Sequence record: MT679221.1
DNA: 64,000 bases
Reading direction: 5' to 3' (one strand)
The first letter of the stretch is position 1. Every line of letters starts with the position of its first letter. This document shows, piece by piece, positions 9,221 to 18,349 of this stretch. The notes beneath the pieces are model-generated. The model was not told where the DNA came from. It ran no database searches and saw only the letters and a list, made by a program, of their open reading frames with translations. The position numbers and the translations under genes are program-made.

Positions 9221-9968
9221 TGTTTGCTTTCAGGGTCTTGAGGCGATCACCGGTTACGTTCAGGCATTCTGTCAGTTCATTAATCTGTTTCATAAACAGT
9301 CCGAACAGCTCAACCCAGTCAGCACCCATGTCAGCCATTTTCACTAACTCTGCCGCCACATTAGGATGGACTTGTGAATTAGAGATAATGTCTACAGAGA
9401 CGTTGATGCTTTCAACTGTACGGTCAATACCTTTCTGGAGTTTCTTAGTCACTTCCAGGTTCAACGCTTTGGCACGATTAAACGCAACGTCAATCTCGCC
9501 TGCACTGTGGTAGGTCTTTTCAATCGCACGCTGGTCGACCACATTGTTGGTGTACGACTTCGCCAGTTTCTCAACCAGATCTTTTGGATTGATATTTTTC
9601 AGCGGGTAGTTCAGGTCTTTGAACTTAAACCCAATCGGCAGAGTTAACATGCCCAGGTCATGGGTCATCGCACCGAAACGTTTATCGATGGGTGTTAAAA
9701 CCCCTTCCTGAATCTTCTGGAGCACAGCCCATACAGATTCCAACCGTTCTATGTGGTCCATCACATACGTGTTGAAGCCCGGAGGTACGGGTACAAGCAT
9801 TCCGGTAAAGTTTAAAAACTTCTCTTGCTGCATCCACTTGGACACATCAGACATGTCGTCATAGGTGGTCAGCGCGAGTTCCTGTTGAGAGCCGCTAAAG
9901 GCTTTAGGCAGAATCGTGGATGCTTTGGCAACAAAGCCCGACAACGCTGCAAGTGGATTAACATTCAT
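9213..9968 (-). CDS. phiKZ-like conserved protein, probably virion (head) associated
   Basis: 251-aa helical ORF with GAGG SD; sits next to uvsX as I recall in phiKZ-like phages. Confidence 0.65.
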   Translation of the reverse strand: MNVNPLAALSGFVAKASTILPKAFSGSQQELALTTYDDMSDVSKWMQQEKFLNFTGMLVPVPPGFNTYVMDHIERLESVWAVLQKIQEGVLTPIDKRFGAMTHDLGMLTLPIGFKFKDLNYPLKNINPKDLVEKLAKSYTNNVVDQRAIEKTYHSAGEIDVAFNRAKALNLEVTKKLQKGIDRTVESINVSVDIISNSQVHPNVAAELVKMADMGADWVELFGLFMKQINELTECLNVTGDRLKTLKANKK

Positions 9969-10066
9969 TCTATCAACCTCGAATATATAAGGGATTGGGC
10001 TACATAGTAAGTCTTTTACGTATCACCCAAACCTTATGTACGAGAACTGCATAAAGGTAACATCTG

Positions 10067-10366
10067 ATGAGAATCAAATTACTGACTCGCGCTTTAACCT
10101 CTCGTATTGAACCTGAGATTTACACCACCCCGACGAAAAAGAATACCGATGGTAGTCCGATCGTGGTTGGTAAAATCCTGAACGTGACCACTCGTGCTGA
10201 TGGTAAGCGCGTTCTGGAAATCGAAATCGACGAACGTAACCGTAACCGCTTCAAGGGCATTTCTAATATCAACCCTAAAGATGACAGTCAAGTCACCGAG
10301 TGGGCAGAAATGCATTTCGAAGTTTGGCATAAACGTCGTCTGTTACTCCCACTGAAAAAACGCTAA
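10067..10366 (+). CDS. Hypothetical basic protein
   Basis: 99 aa, AAGG SD, co-oriented with uvsX. Confidence 0.7.
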   Translation: MRIKLLTRALTSRIEPEIYTTPTKKNTDGSPIVVGKILNVTTRADGKRVLEIEIDERNRNRFKGISNINPKDDSQVTEWAEMHFEVWHKRRLLLPLKKR

Positions 10367-10381
10367 TTGACGGAGCGCTAA

Positions 10382-11875
10382 ATGGCAGGTCCAGCTAAAC
10401 AAGTCATGGGTGAAGTGATTCGCCCTCGTTTTAACGTATATACCATCATGGACCACGCTCTCGGTAACTACGAGCGCGGGGAAGATGGTTTGTACTACCT
10501 CAACGGTGGTTTTGCCCACATCATGGGCTTCGCAGGTCGTGGGAACACCTTTAAGTCTACCCTATTAGACTTCTGCATTTTCATGATTCTGCAACGTTAT
10601 AATGCGGCCTGGGGATCGAAATACGATACCGAAGTTACGGCAGCATTAAGTCGTCTGGAAACAGGGTACATTTCCGCAGCGAAAGCAAACGGATTAGAAG
10701 TATCACCAACGGGCGGCGTGCTGGACCTGATCCACGAAGGTCGTTACAACATGGTTGGCTCGGATATCATGGCGGGTGAGGAGTATTACTCTGCTTATAT
10801 CCGTGACGAAGTCGAAAAACGTTTCAAAGAGTATATGGCTGGTAAGGCACGCGAAACACCATTCCCTGACCCAATCCGTCGCTCTGCGAAAAAGATTCTC
10901 GACCCGTGGTTGTACTCGATTGACTCCCTGTCCGAATGGCACACCTCTTCTCTGGAAGAGAAACATGCCAAATCAGAAGTCGGTGATTCTGAACAGAACA
11001 TCCTGAACGCCCACGATGCCCTGCAGAAATCGAATATGATGAGCCGTTGGCCGTCTGCGTTTGCGCGTGGTGGTTTCTATATGGGCTTCGTTGCTCAGTT
11101 GGCCGACGATGCAGGCAAAGCAATGGCGGCAGGTGGCCGTGGTGGACCGAAGGCGAACGGTAAACTGTTGGATGATGCAGGCGATGATCTGAAGTTTGCA
11201 GGTATCCCGCGCCGTCAGTTGTCGTTCTTAACTAACTCCCTGCTGGTTGCAACCAAGTCTGGTGAGTTGAAGCAGGATCAGACTTACAACGCGAAGACCG
11301 GTGTAAACGAAGAGAAATACCCGACTGCGCGTTCGAAGGCAATGAATGCTTCGGTGAACGACCTGAAAGAAATCGTGTTCACGCAGTACCGTGCGAAAGG
11401 TGGTCACACAGGCGTTAAGTTCAAAATGGTCTTCTCACAGGAGATGGGTCTGCTTTATCACCTCTCTCTGTGGCATTACCTGAGCGACACACTGAAAGAT
11501 GAATGGGGCTACAAACGTAGTGGTGCTAATTATACCCTCGATTTGCTACCTGGTACATCTTTCATGCGTACCACGATTCGCGACATGTGTGACAGCAACC
11601 CGCGTTTGCGCCGTGCGTTGGAAATCACCGCCGCATTAGCGTACATGCAGAATAACTACCACCGACTGGAAATGAAATACCATCTCTCACCGGCGGAGCT
11701 TTATAAAGTTATCGACGAAAAGTGGGACTGGAATGAAATTCTGGACAATACAGTAGAATACTGGATGTTCAAGGATCAGGAAGTCAAAGGTGGTAAGCGT
11801 TGCTTAACAGCAATGTCATTACTGGCGATGGCCGTGGATGGTCTGGAACCTAAGTTCTTGACTAAGAAGAAATAA
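10382..11875 (+). CDS. uvsX: RecA/UvsX-like recombinase
   Basis: Walker A GRGNTFKST, Walker B-like YSIDSLSE; 497 aa is typical of the phiKZ-family RecA homolog. Confidence 0.85.
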   Translation: MAGPAKQVMGEVIRPRFNVYTIMDHALGNYERGEDGLYYLNGGFAHIMGFAGRGNTFKSTLLDFCIFMILQRYNAAWGSKYDTEVTAALSRLETGYISAAKANGLEVSPTGGVLDLIHEGRYNMVGSDIMAGEEYYSAYIRDEVEKRFKEYMAGKARETPFPDPIRRSAKKILDPWLYSIDSLSEWHTSSLEEKHAKSEVGDSEQNILNAHDALQKSNMMSRWPSAFARGGFYMGFVAQLADDAGKAMAAGGRGGPKANGKLLDDAGDDLKFAGIPRRQLSFLTNSLLVATKSGELKQDQTYNAKTGVNEEKYPTARSKAMNASVNDLKEIVFTQYRAKGGHTGVKFKMVFSQEMGLLYHLSLWHYLSDTLKDEWGYKRSGANYTLDLLPGTSFMRTTIRDMCDSNPRLRRALEITAALAYMQNNYHRLEMKYHLSPAELYKVIDEKWDWNEILDNTVEYWMFKDQEVKGGKRCLTAMSLLAMAVDGLEPKFLTKKK

Positions 11876-11880
11876 GCATG

Positions 11881-11904
11881 GGCGGGGCAACCCGCCTGTT
11901 TTTT
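11881..11904 (+). terminator. Intrinsic terminator with GCAA tetraloop
   Basis: GGCGGG-GCAA-CCCGCC then TGTTTTTT. Confidence 0.75.
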
Positions 11905-11920
11905 CCCCTGAGGATTAGCG

Positions 11921-12196
11921 ATGCGTTATCAGAAAGATATTGTAGAGCGTCTGTGTCTGGGTCTCGCTGGTATTAGCCAGGAACTTAGCACCGCGTTCCA
12001 TAACGAGTTCTCAGCACCGCGACATGCACTGTCTGAATTTAGTCATCAGGTAAATGCCCATTACGGCAACCTGATTAATGATAAACCGAAGGTTGATGCG
12101 GTCGGTGTGCCTGAACACAATGAAGATATCCCGTACTGGATTGAAGACCTGGAACGTGTGGTTCTTCCAGTGCTCCGCGAGAGGATGAAAAAATGA
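11921..12196 (+). CDS. Hypothetical protein
   Basis: 91 aa, GAGG SD, ATGA overlap with the RNAP betaC gene. Confidence 0.75.
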   Translation: MRYQKDIVERLCLGLAGISQELSTAFHNEFSAPRHALSEFSHQVNAHYGNLINDKPKVDAVGVPEHNEDIPYWIEDLERVVLPVLRERMKK

Positions 12197-12861
12197 GATT
12201 AGACCCGGCACGGCGAAAAAAAGCAGAAGCTTATGCTTTACAGTTACTGAACTTAGTTGACCCGACCGGGATTAACGCGGAAGCTGCCAAGCGCGCTTTC
12301 TCACGAATGTCTGACGAAGAGTTCAATCGTCTGCGCGAAGGGTTGCCTGTTTACAACCCAACTGGCGGCAAGGTCAAAATTGACCACATGCGCAATATTA
12401 AAATTTGCGAAGCGATGGGACTGAGCTTGTGTCAGCGCCTGTGGCTCACGGAACCGAAAACCGGTATCCTACAACGTACCCGTTACCCCCATTTAGTCTT
12501 CCGCCTGCCTGCACGTCGCCAGACGCAGATGCAAGAGAAGAAAATGGCGGTGGCGAAGAACGATAAAGTCCGCGATAAACTCTCAGGTCAGGTAGTAGGT
12601 CCTTCCAAAGCTTCGGGTGTTTCGTTTCCAGAAGCCTACATCATGTACTCGGATGGACACGACTCAACGCTCCAGGAGTTCCTGTGGGCGCGTGGTGGTA
12701 ACGATACGTTACAACGTGCGTTCTATCAATCGCTACGGCAAACCGGTAAAGGTCGCATCAACCTGGAAGGGGCTGAGCGGACCAGTTCAAAAGCACCGCG
12801 TACATGGTCTTCGTACTTTAAAGCAATGCACATCGGTAACAACTTAGGACGCCCGGAATGA
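12193..12861 (+). CDS. rpoB: Virion RNA polymerase, beta subunit C-terminal part
   Basis: RDKLSGQVVGPSKASGVSFPEAY...LQEFLWARGGND resembles the RpoB switch/clamp C-terminus; 222 aa matches phiKZ gp149-type subunits. Confidence 0.82.
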   Translation: MRLDPARRKKAEAYALQLLNLVDPTGINAEAAKRAFSRMSDEEFNRLREGLPVYNPTGGKVKIDHMRNIKICEAMGLSLCQRLWLTEPKTGILQRTRYPHLVFRLPARRQTQMQEKKMAVAKNDKVRDKLSGQVVGPSKASGVSFPEAYIMYSDGHDSTLQEFLWARGGNDTLQRAFYQSLRQTGKGRINLEGAERTSSKAPRTWSSYFKAMHIGNNLGRPE

Positions 12862-13586
12862 GATTAGGACGCCGTTTCTTAGTCGATATCGACACAATCT
12901 TCGATACACGAATTGGTTGGGCGAAAGTGTTGCAGCCTGATGTATTAGAGAAGCTTGATTTAGAAGTGTATCGGATGCGCTTCACGGATGCGTGGGCCGA
13001 AGTGGTAGGAATTCAGGACTGGAATAAAAAGTTCGCGGAGCGTGATAAACGCGCGTTGCAGAACGCGCAGCCAACAGAAATGTTGCTTACGCTAAAGAAC
13101 GAAGTACAGGCAATGTTAATGACGATACAGATGCACGCTCCTATCGAGCGACCTGTCTTAACGTTTAACCTGTGGCCATACGCCGATCTCGATGATGAAG
13201 AACGTCATGCGTTTTTGGAAGAACTGCGCTACTACTACAACGAAGTGCAAGTAGACGTCGTTGTTATTCCTCACAGCGATCTTACACCAGGACGACTTGC
13301 TTCTGCATGGGATGGTTGGATAATGTACGATTGGTATCCGTGGATAGAACAACACGCGAGCCATTTCCAGAAACCGATTCCGGATTTCACGATTACCCGA
13401 CCGAGTATGCTGACCAGCGAATTAACGGAAGAAGCAATCGCGCAAATAAAAAGAGATAAGGTGAACCCCTTTAAGGAGTCCACCCGTTTTCTTGCCCAAT
13501 ACGTCGGTACTGACGTAAAGGACACTGCGCTGTTTAGTCTTCGTCGTCATCAGCAGGACGACGACTCGCAAACGCAGACGCCATGA
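12858..13586 (+). CDS. Conserved phiKZ-like protein with possible HAD-like N-terminal motif
   Basis: FLVDIDTIFD resembles HAD motif I (DxD); ATGA overlap with the previous gene. Confidence 0.65.
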   Translation: MRLGRRFLVDIDTIFDTRIGWAKVLQPDVLEKLDLEVYRMRFTDAWAEVVGIQDWNKKFAERDKRALQNAQPTEMLLTLKNEVQAMLMTIQMHAPIERPVLTFNLWPYADLDDEERHAFLEELRYYYNEVQVDVVVIPHSDLTPGRLASAWDGWIMYDWYPWIEQHASHFQKPIPDFTITRPSMLTSELTEEAIAQIKRDKVNPFKESTRFLAQYVGTDVKDTALFSLRRHQQDDDSQTQTP

Positions 13587-14004
13587 TCTGGTCAACGTCA
13601 ATCTTTTCGCCTACTGGTGCCAACTCACCTTCTTTCGGAGGCCGTACTGCGGCAATCTGTGGGACGGTGGGTTGGTATCCGTTATTTAAATCTTCTTCAT
13701 CGTCGTGACGTTTGATACCAACGCCTGCACGGGTCATTAAGAAGCCGTTTAAACTGTTGGCCAAATCTTGAGTCGCCTCAGCGCCTTTCTCAGCAGCTTT
13801 AATTTTCCGCTTCGTCATGACCTGTTTGTCGATGCCGTTGATTAGGCGTTCGATTCGGTCGACGGCTTTTAAGTCTTTGTGTACTTCACCGTCGTTCACC
13901 ATATCTGTGACGAGCTTAACGCGTAGCTGTTGTGTTTGGCGGAGAAGCGAATCTTCGTTGTCCACATCTCCGTCGAACGCTTGGTATTTCACTTCTTCGC
14001 TCAT
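13534..14004 (-). CDS. Hypothetical helical protein with acidic C-terminus
   Basis: 156 aa, GAGG SD, convergent and overlapping with the upstream gene's 3' end. Confidence 0.72.
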   Translation of the reverse strand: MSEEVKYQAFDGDVDNEDSLLRQTQQLRVKLVTDMVNDGEVHKDLKAVDRIERLINGIDKQVMTKRKIKAAEKGAEATQDLANSLNGFLMTRAGVGIKRHDDEEDLNNGYQPTVPQIAAVRPPKEGELAPVGEKIDVDQIMASAFASRRPADDDED

Positions 14005-14020
14005 GGGATAACCTCATCTC

Positions 14021-14047
14021 AAAAAGAACTCAGACAGATATTATCTA
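14021..14047 (+). promoter_or_regulatory. Candidate early (virion RNAP) promoter
   Basis: AAAAAGAACTCAGACAGATATTATCTA in a divergent intergenic gap. Confidence 0.72.
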
Positions 14048-14080
14048 TCCGAGACAACATCTCATAATAGGATAACACCT

Positions 14081-14611
14081 ATGCTTTTTAAATGGCTTTC
14101 AACACTCCTGCGTCGTAAGGCTGTAGAAGCTCGCAGACGCTCTTTGGAGGCTGAGTTTCATAAGAATACCCATAACACCCTGCACAGAGTGATGGTGGGC
14201 TTAGAACTCATTACAGAGCCTCTGGAATATAATGGGAAAGAATACCTTCCTTTTTCATTGCGTGGACAACTCGAATTACGTATTCGAGATTTTGACACGT
14301 TGGTGGAGCGATTGGAATTCTTCATTTCTGAGTATAACCGTGTATCCAGTAGCAACATTCCCAATCAACGTTGGTTAGAGTTGCCTGAGGCAATCGATAG
14401 AAAAGGAGAGAGTTCAGAACCACGATGGCTTGATCACTATTTCGGTGCATCCGATCCTGAAGTCGCGCGCGAAAAACTGCGCACAGTCTTCGCTATGTTA
14501 GAACAGTATCAGCGTGCATTTGATAAACAAACACCCGAACAGGATACGCTGTTTAATCAAACCGCACATATCTTCCGCGAGTTAGAAGTGATAGTGGAAC
14601 ACTATCTCTAA
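14081..14611 (+). CDS. Hypothetical protein
   Basis: 176 aa with AGGA SD. Confidence 0.75.
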   Translation: MLFKWLSTLLRRKAVEARRRSLEAEFHKNTHNTLHRVMVGLELITEPLEYNGKEYLPFSLRGQLELRIRDFDTLVERLEFFISEYNRVSSSNIPNQRWLELPEAIDRKGESSEPRWLDHYFGASDPEVAREKLRTVFAMLEQYQRAFDKQTPEQDTLFNQTAHIFRELEVIVEHYL

Positions 14612-14644
14612 CTTTTAATCTATTCCCTTGTAACAAGGTGATGT

Positions 14645-15523
14645 ATGGATGATGAGAAAAAGCCGCCGCTGAATAGCACACGCGAGCAAATTTGGCACGG
14701 TACGCCACCGGCGTCAGATTCCAGCTACCCGTTAAGGAAAGCTTATTGGAATCTGGTTAAGTTGATGGGTATTAGCGACGGGATATGGAAAAACCTTATC
14801 CGTCAACATGTCAACGACCCGGAGTATCTGAAACAGTTTCGCGACAGCAAACTGACCACGATGACCGACCGCGTTAACCGGCTGAACACCTCACTTACGG
14901 GTGGTTCGGTACGTAACCTGACGGTCGATTTTACGTGGAAACGTTTCATCGAGGGATTAGTTATCCTGGAGATGCAAACGCTAACAGTCACCCTGCTGAC
15001 TAAGCGGGGAAGCTTTGACACGAAGTGTTTTGTATTCGACAGTACGTTTGTGCGTGAGGACTTCATTAAGAACTTACGTAATGAGAACAGGAAGAAACGT
15101 AAAGAGCGTTTCGAGCATCCTGCATCTCACGACGTTAACGAGTATGTCGCGAACATCGACCACACCATCGAACATGTGATGAAGCATATTCTCCTGCGTC
15201 TAATCTACAAAGTTATTCGTGGGTATAAAATCGATGGCGATAAACTGGAACGGTGGACGACGAACTACGTCAATAACCCTAAGTTGTGCCCAGGCACATC
15301 ATCCAAACGTGGGGACAGACGAAACAACATGAAACAGGCGATGCGTCACACCGAGGCAATCACCTGGCGTTGGTTTCTAATAATCTTACAAGCGCTGGAC
15401 GTACGTGAGTTCGAAATCACTTTCAAAGTTCGCCATCGCAGTGGTAGAGAATATGAGGTCAGCGACAACGTTCCGTTAGCGACGTATAGATTCTGGAGTT
15501 CCAATGAAACTGAACAACCTTGA
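14645..15523 (+). CDS. Conserved phiKZ-like protein with two tandem homologous domains
   Basis: Internal duplication: VNDP...DRVN..FTWKRF..L versus VNNP...DRRN..ITWRWF..L. Confidence 0.78.
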   Translation: MDDEKKPPLNSTREQIWHGTPPASDSSYPLRKAYWNLVKLMGISDGIWKNLIRQHVNDPEYLKQFRDSKLTTMTDRVNRLNTSLTGGSVRNLTVDFTWKRFIEGLVILEMQTLTVTLLTKRGSFDTKCFVFDSTFVREDFIKNLRNENRKKRKERFEHPASHDVNEYVANIDHTIEHVMKHILLRLIYKVIRGYKIDGDKLERWTTNYVNNPKLCPGTSSKRGDRRNNMKQAMRHTEAITWRWFLIILQALDVREFEITFKVRHRSGREYEVSDNVPLATYRFWSSNETEQP

Positions 15524-16778
15524 TGGGATTACCAACCAGATAAGCAGCACAACGGGCGCAATAGAGAACAAAGTTAACGATGTTCAAAACCGTGTCCAGT
15601 CAACGATTGGTAATGCCGAGCGCGGTATTGAAAGTGCTCAAAATTTGTACAATAACGCAACTGCTAAAGCCGGAGAGACGTTCGACAAGATCTCCAACAT
15701 TGGCAACACGATAAGTGAGAAATTTGGTAACGTGTTCGGGGGTGGCGACCAAGTCACGGTAGGCGGTAAAAAGGCAGCAGGTTCAGCGGCTTCCGGAGTG
15801 TCGCCGCCACAACGTGTGCCTACTTTTGCTTCCAACACGAAAGAAGCGCTGCCGGTTATCGATCCGCAGAAGCGCGATGTGTCCGAACCCTTTCAGAAGG
15901 TAAACCAGGAAGGGAAAACCGCACTGAGCTATCTCTCACCGGGTGGCGCAGGTAGTCTGTTAAGTAAGGGATGGGATACACTGACTGATCTTCGCGATAG
16001 CGCTTTAAGCGCGGTCGGGACAGATTATGCGTCGGTGAAAGCTCGCCTGGAGTCCACGATGAATATCGCGGGACAGCTTGCCAAACTGCCTGGTGAGGTA
16101 CAGCGTGAAATCGGTAACTACGTCGATATGGCCAATAGCGCCAAGTGGCAAGTCACCGCACTGATTGACGATGTTACGCACACGTTTGATAGCTTTAAGG
16201 ACCTGGACGACTTCTTGTCTATCGACGGGATCATTGATAGCTTTACGGGCGGGAGTGGAAATTTCTCCTCGCTGGATATCAACACCTCGTCTGCGTTGAT
16301 ATACGGTATGTCCACGAAGCTCAATCAATACGGTCTGCCGAATCGCATCGATCCGATGATTCAGGCTATCACCGATCCTGTTGCACAACAAGCGTTGTAC
16401 GGCGAACTGATGATACAGGCTGCGGCTGCGGGTAACCTCAATTCTGTTGAGTATTACTTGCCTAAACTACAGCCAGGTCAAGGTGCTGAGATTGCAGATA
16501 CTGTTATTCAGAATCTTCTGATGAACCTTAACGTTGAGCCGGGTGTGGGTTACAGCACCTACGGCCAACGACTGTTGACGTTGTTTAAAGCGCTTAATCC
16601 AAACTGGGATATCTCTAAAACGAATCCTGGAATGGTTGAGCTTAAGCTTTACACGTACGCCAACAGTAATGCGATTCAAGCACTCCTGACCACCGAGAAA
16701 CGTCCGTACGTTATCGCCGGTGGTAGTGTCCAATATCAGTCTGCCAGTACGCTGGTGCAGAGCTATTTCGCCTTGTAA
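15504..16778 (+). CDS. Virion structural protein (tail/baseplate-associated, phiKZ-like)
   Basis: 424 aa with a low-complexity coiled-coil N-terminus; assignment from phiKZ-like synteny. Confidence 0.65.
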   Translation: MKLNNLDGITNQISSTTGAIENKVNDVQNRVQSTIGNAERGIESAQNLYNNATAKAGETFDKISNIGNTISEKFGNVFGGGDQVTVGGKKAAGSAASGVSPPQRVPTFASNTKEALPVIDPQKRDVSEPFQKVNQEGKTALSYLSPGGAGSLLSKGWDTLTDLRDSALSAVGTDYASVKARLESTMNIAGQLAKLPGEVQREIGNYVDMANSAKWQVTALIDDVTHTFDSFKDLDDFLSIDGIIDSFTGGSGNFSSLDINTSSALIYGMSTKLNQYGLPNRIDPMIQAITDPVAQQALYGELMIQAAAAGNLNSVEYYLPKLQPGQGAEIADTVIQNLLMNLNVEPGVGYSTYGQRLLTLFKALNPNWDISKTNPGMVELKLYTYANSNAIQALLTTEKRPYVIAGGSVQYQSASTLVQSYFAL

Positions 16779-16787
16779 GGTACCTCT

Positions 16788-17639
16788 ATGTCGAAAGATG
16801 AAGGTAAGTTTTTGCGTAGTGCGTTGGAACGTCTACGTGTCGATGGTGCATCGGTGGATGCTTTGGCGGCTGCTTTTGGGTTTACGTTGCCCGCCTCGGT
16901 AGAAGCCACATATCCTGTTTTACGTCCCATCCTCCCACCAGAAGAAAAGGAAGCCTTTGTACGCTATTTACTGCGTATGGGTTACCAGAGTACCTTGGTG
17001 GATATCACGCCGTCTACAGACGGTCTGAATCACTTCAACATCTATTCGCAGGGGCGAACTGAGATAGGTCGGATGGCGAGTAACTTCTATGCTCGCCCTG
17101 GTGAGTATTTTGTTACCCCCCACGGGCCTTTCCGAACGCTCGAGGGTTATTACCACTATCTGCGTATTCTGGATTACCTGATGCGTGAGATTGATGACCG
17201 CACTCTGGTGATGGAATTTGATATCATGCGACAGGCAGTGAACACCTGGCCTGATATTGAGAAGTTGCGTGCACTAGATGGCACCGACTGTATCCGGCTA
17301 GGTCGTAATCTGAAAGCGGAAATCTACGGAGGAACCAGTTATAAGCCCGGTTCATTTACCCCGGTTACAGAAAGCCGTTTTATCCATGCGCTGGTAAATA
17401 AACTCTTTATACTGTCGGTCGACGGGACATCGTTAGGTAATGTATTTGCAGAGATTCTGCGAGCACGTATCCCGCTTAAGCATTATTACATGATGCAAGG
17501 GCGTAAGATATTCCCAGCACACTGGGACTGGCTACCAAATCTGATTGAGATGATAGCTGAACATATCGATCCTGAGGACAGTACGTTTGATCGAACCGAA
17601 CTTTTGAAGAAACTAGGAATCGATGATGGGACTATTTGA
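16788..17639 (+). CDS. Putative NADAR-like protein (T4 gp30.3-type)
   Basis: NIYSQGRTEIGRMASNF...F.TLEGYYHYL...LRALDG...RLGRNLK resembles the SNF / F.x.EG / G..A..GR pattern of phage NADARs. Confidence 0.5.
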   Translation: MSKDEGKFLRSALERLRVDGASVDALAAAFGFTLPASVEATYPVLRPILPPEEKEAFVRYLLRMGYQSTLVDITPSTDGLNHFNIYSQGRTEIGRMASNFYARPGEYFVTPHGPFRTLEGYYHYLRILDYLMREIDDRTLVMEFDIMRQAVNTWPDIEKLRALDGTDCIRLGRNLKAEIYGGTSYKPGSFTPVTESRFIHALVNKLFILSVDGTSLGNVFAEILRARIPLKHYYMMQGRKIFPAHWDWLPNLIEMIAEHIDPEDSTFDRTELLKKLGIDDGTI

Positions 17640-18285
17640 TATTCTCAAAAACTTAGACGAGCAGCAGGAAAAAGAAGTCATTACTGTTGCGCGTGAGTCC
17701 ATCTCTACGGAGAAGGAACGTGAGTATTGCATGTGGGTTAAGCCTACTGAAGAAGGTTGGCAATGGCTGTTTAGTCAGACAGGCGAAACCTTCCTGGATG
17801 TGATTATGCCGGTCGTTAACGGCAAACGTCGTGTGCGGTTGTCCACCGATAAAACCGCGGTCTTAACGTTAAAACGACAAGCATCTGATGGTCGTATCGA
17901 AGAGAACTCGGATATCGGGTTTGCTTCCGGTCTGACCTTCTACGAAGATGGCAATCTTGCACATCTCGTGCGTCGTATCAAACTCGAGCCAGGCGAGCTG
18001 GCAGAGCAAGGTGCGAAACATTGGGATATTGATCTGTTCTTTAAACTGGCTGGTCATCCGGTTATCGAATCGCAAGCAGGGTTTGAAGACCTTGTCAACG
18101 AACTGCGCGACTCCACGACATTCGGCGAGTGGGTAAAAGTCGAACTGGAAGTTGAGCGATTTGAGCTGACGTCTATCAAGGACGTATTGCCGTTTGCGGT
18201 AGAAGACGCTATTCCAGGCAACCCGTCTGATGTGGAGTCCCAGTTAGTTATTTCGACGTTTTGGGATTCTGAGGCTAAAATATAA
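17623..18285 (+). CDS. CYTH / triphosphate tunnel metalloenzyme-like protein
   Basis: EKEREY (ExExK-like), RVRL, LTLK, RIEE, WDIDLF and ELEVE motifs occur in CYTH order. Confidence 0.72.
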   Translation: MMGLFDILKNLDEQQEKEVITVARESISTEKEREYCMWVKPTEEGWQWLFSQTGETFLDVIMPVVNGKRRVRLSTDKTAVLTLKRQASDGRIEENSDIGFASGLTFYEDGNLAHLVRRIKLEPGELAEQGAKHWDIDLFFKLAGHPVIESQAGFEDLVNELRDSTTFGEWVKVELEVERFELTSIKDVLPFAVEDAIPGNPSDVESQLVISTFWDSEAKI

Positions 18286-18290
18286 ACTTT

Positions 18291-18323
18291 ACCCTTGTCG
18301 CTAATGCGACAAGGGTCTTTTTT
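18291..18323 (+). terminator. Intrinsic terminator upstream of the HNH gene
   Basis: ACCCTTGTCGC-TAAT-GCGACAAGGGT followed by CTTTTTT. Confidence 0.9.
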
Positions 18324-18349
18324 AATTGTTTGCACCATGGGAAATAGCA

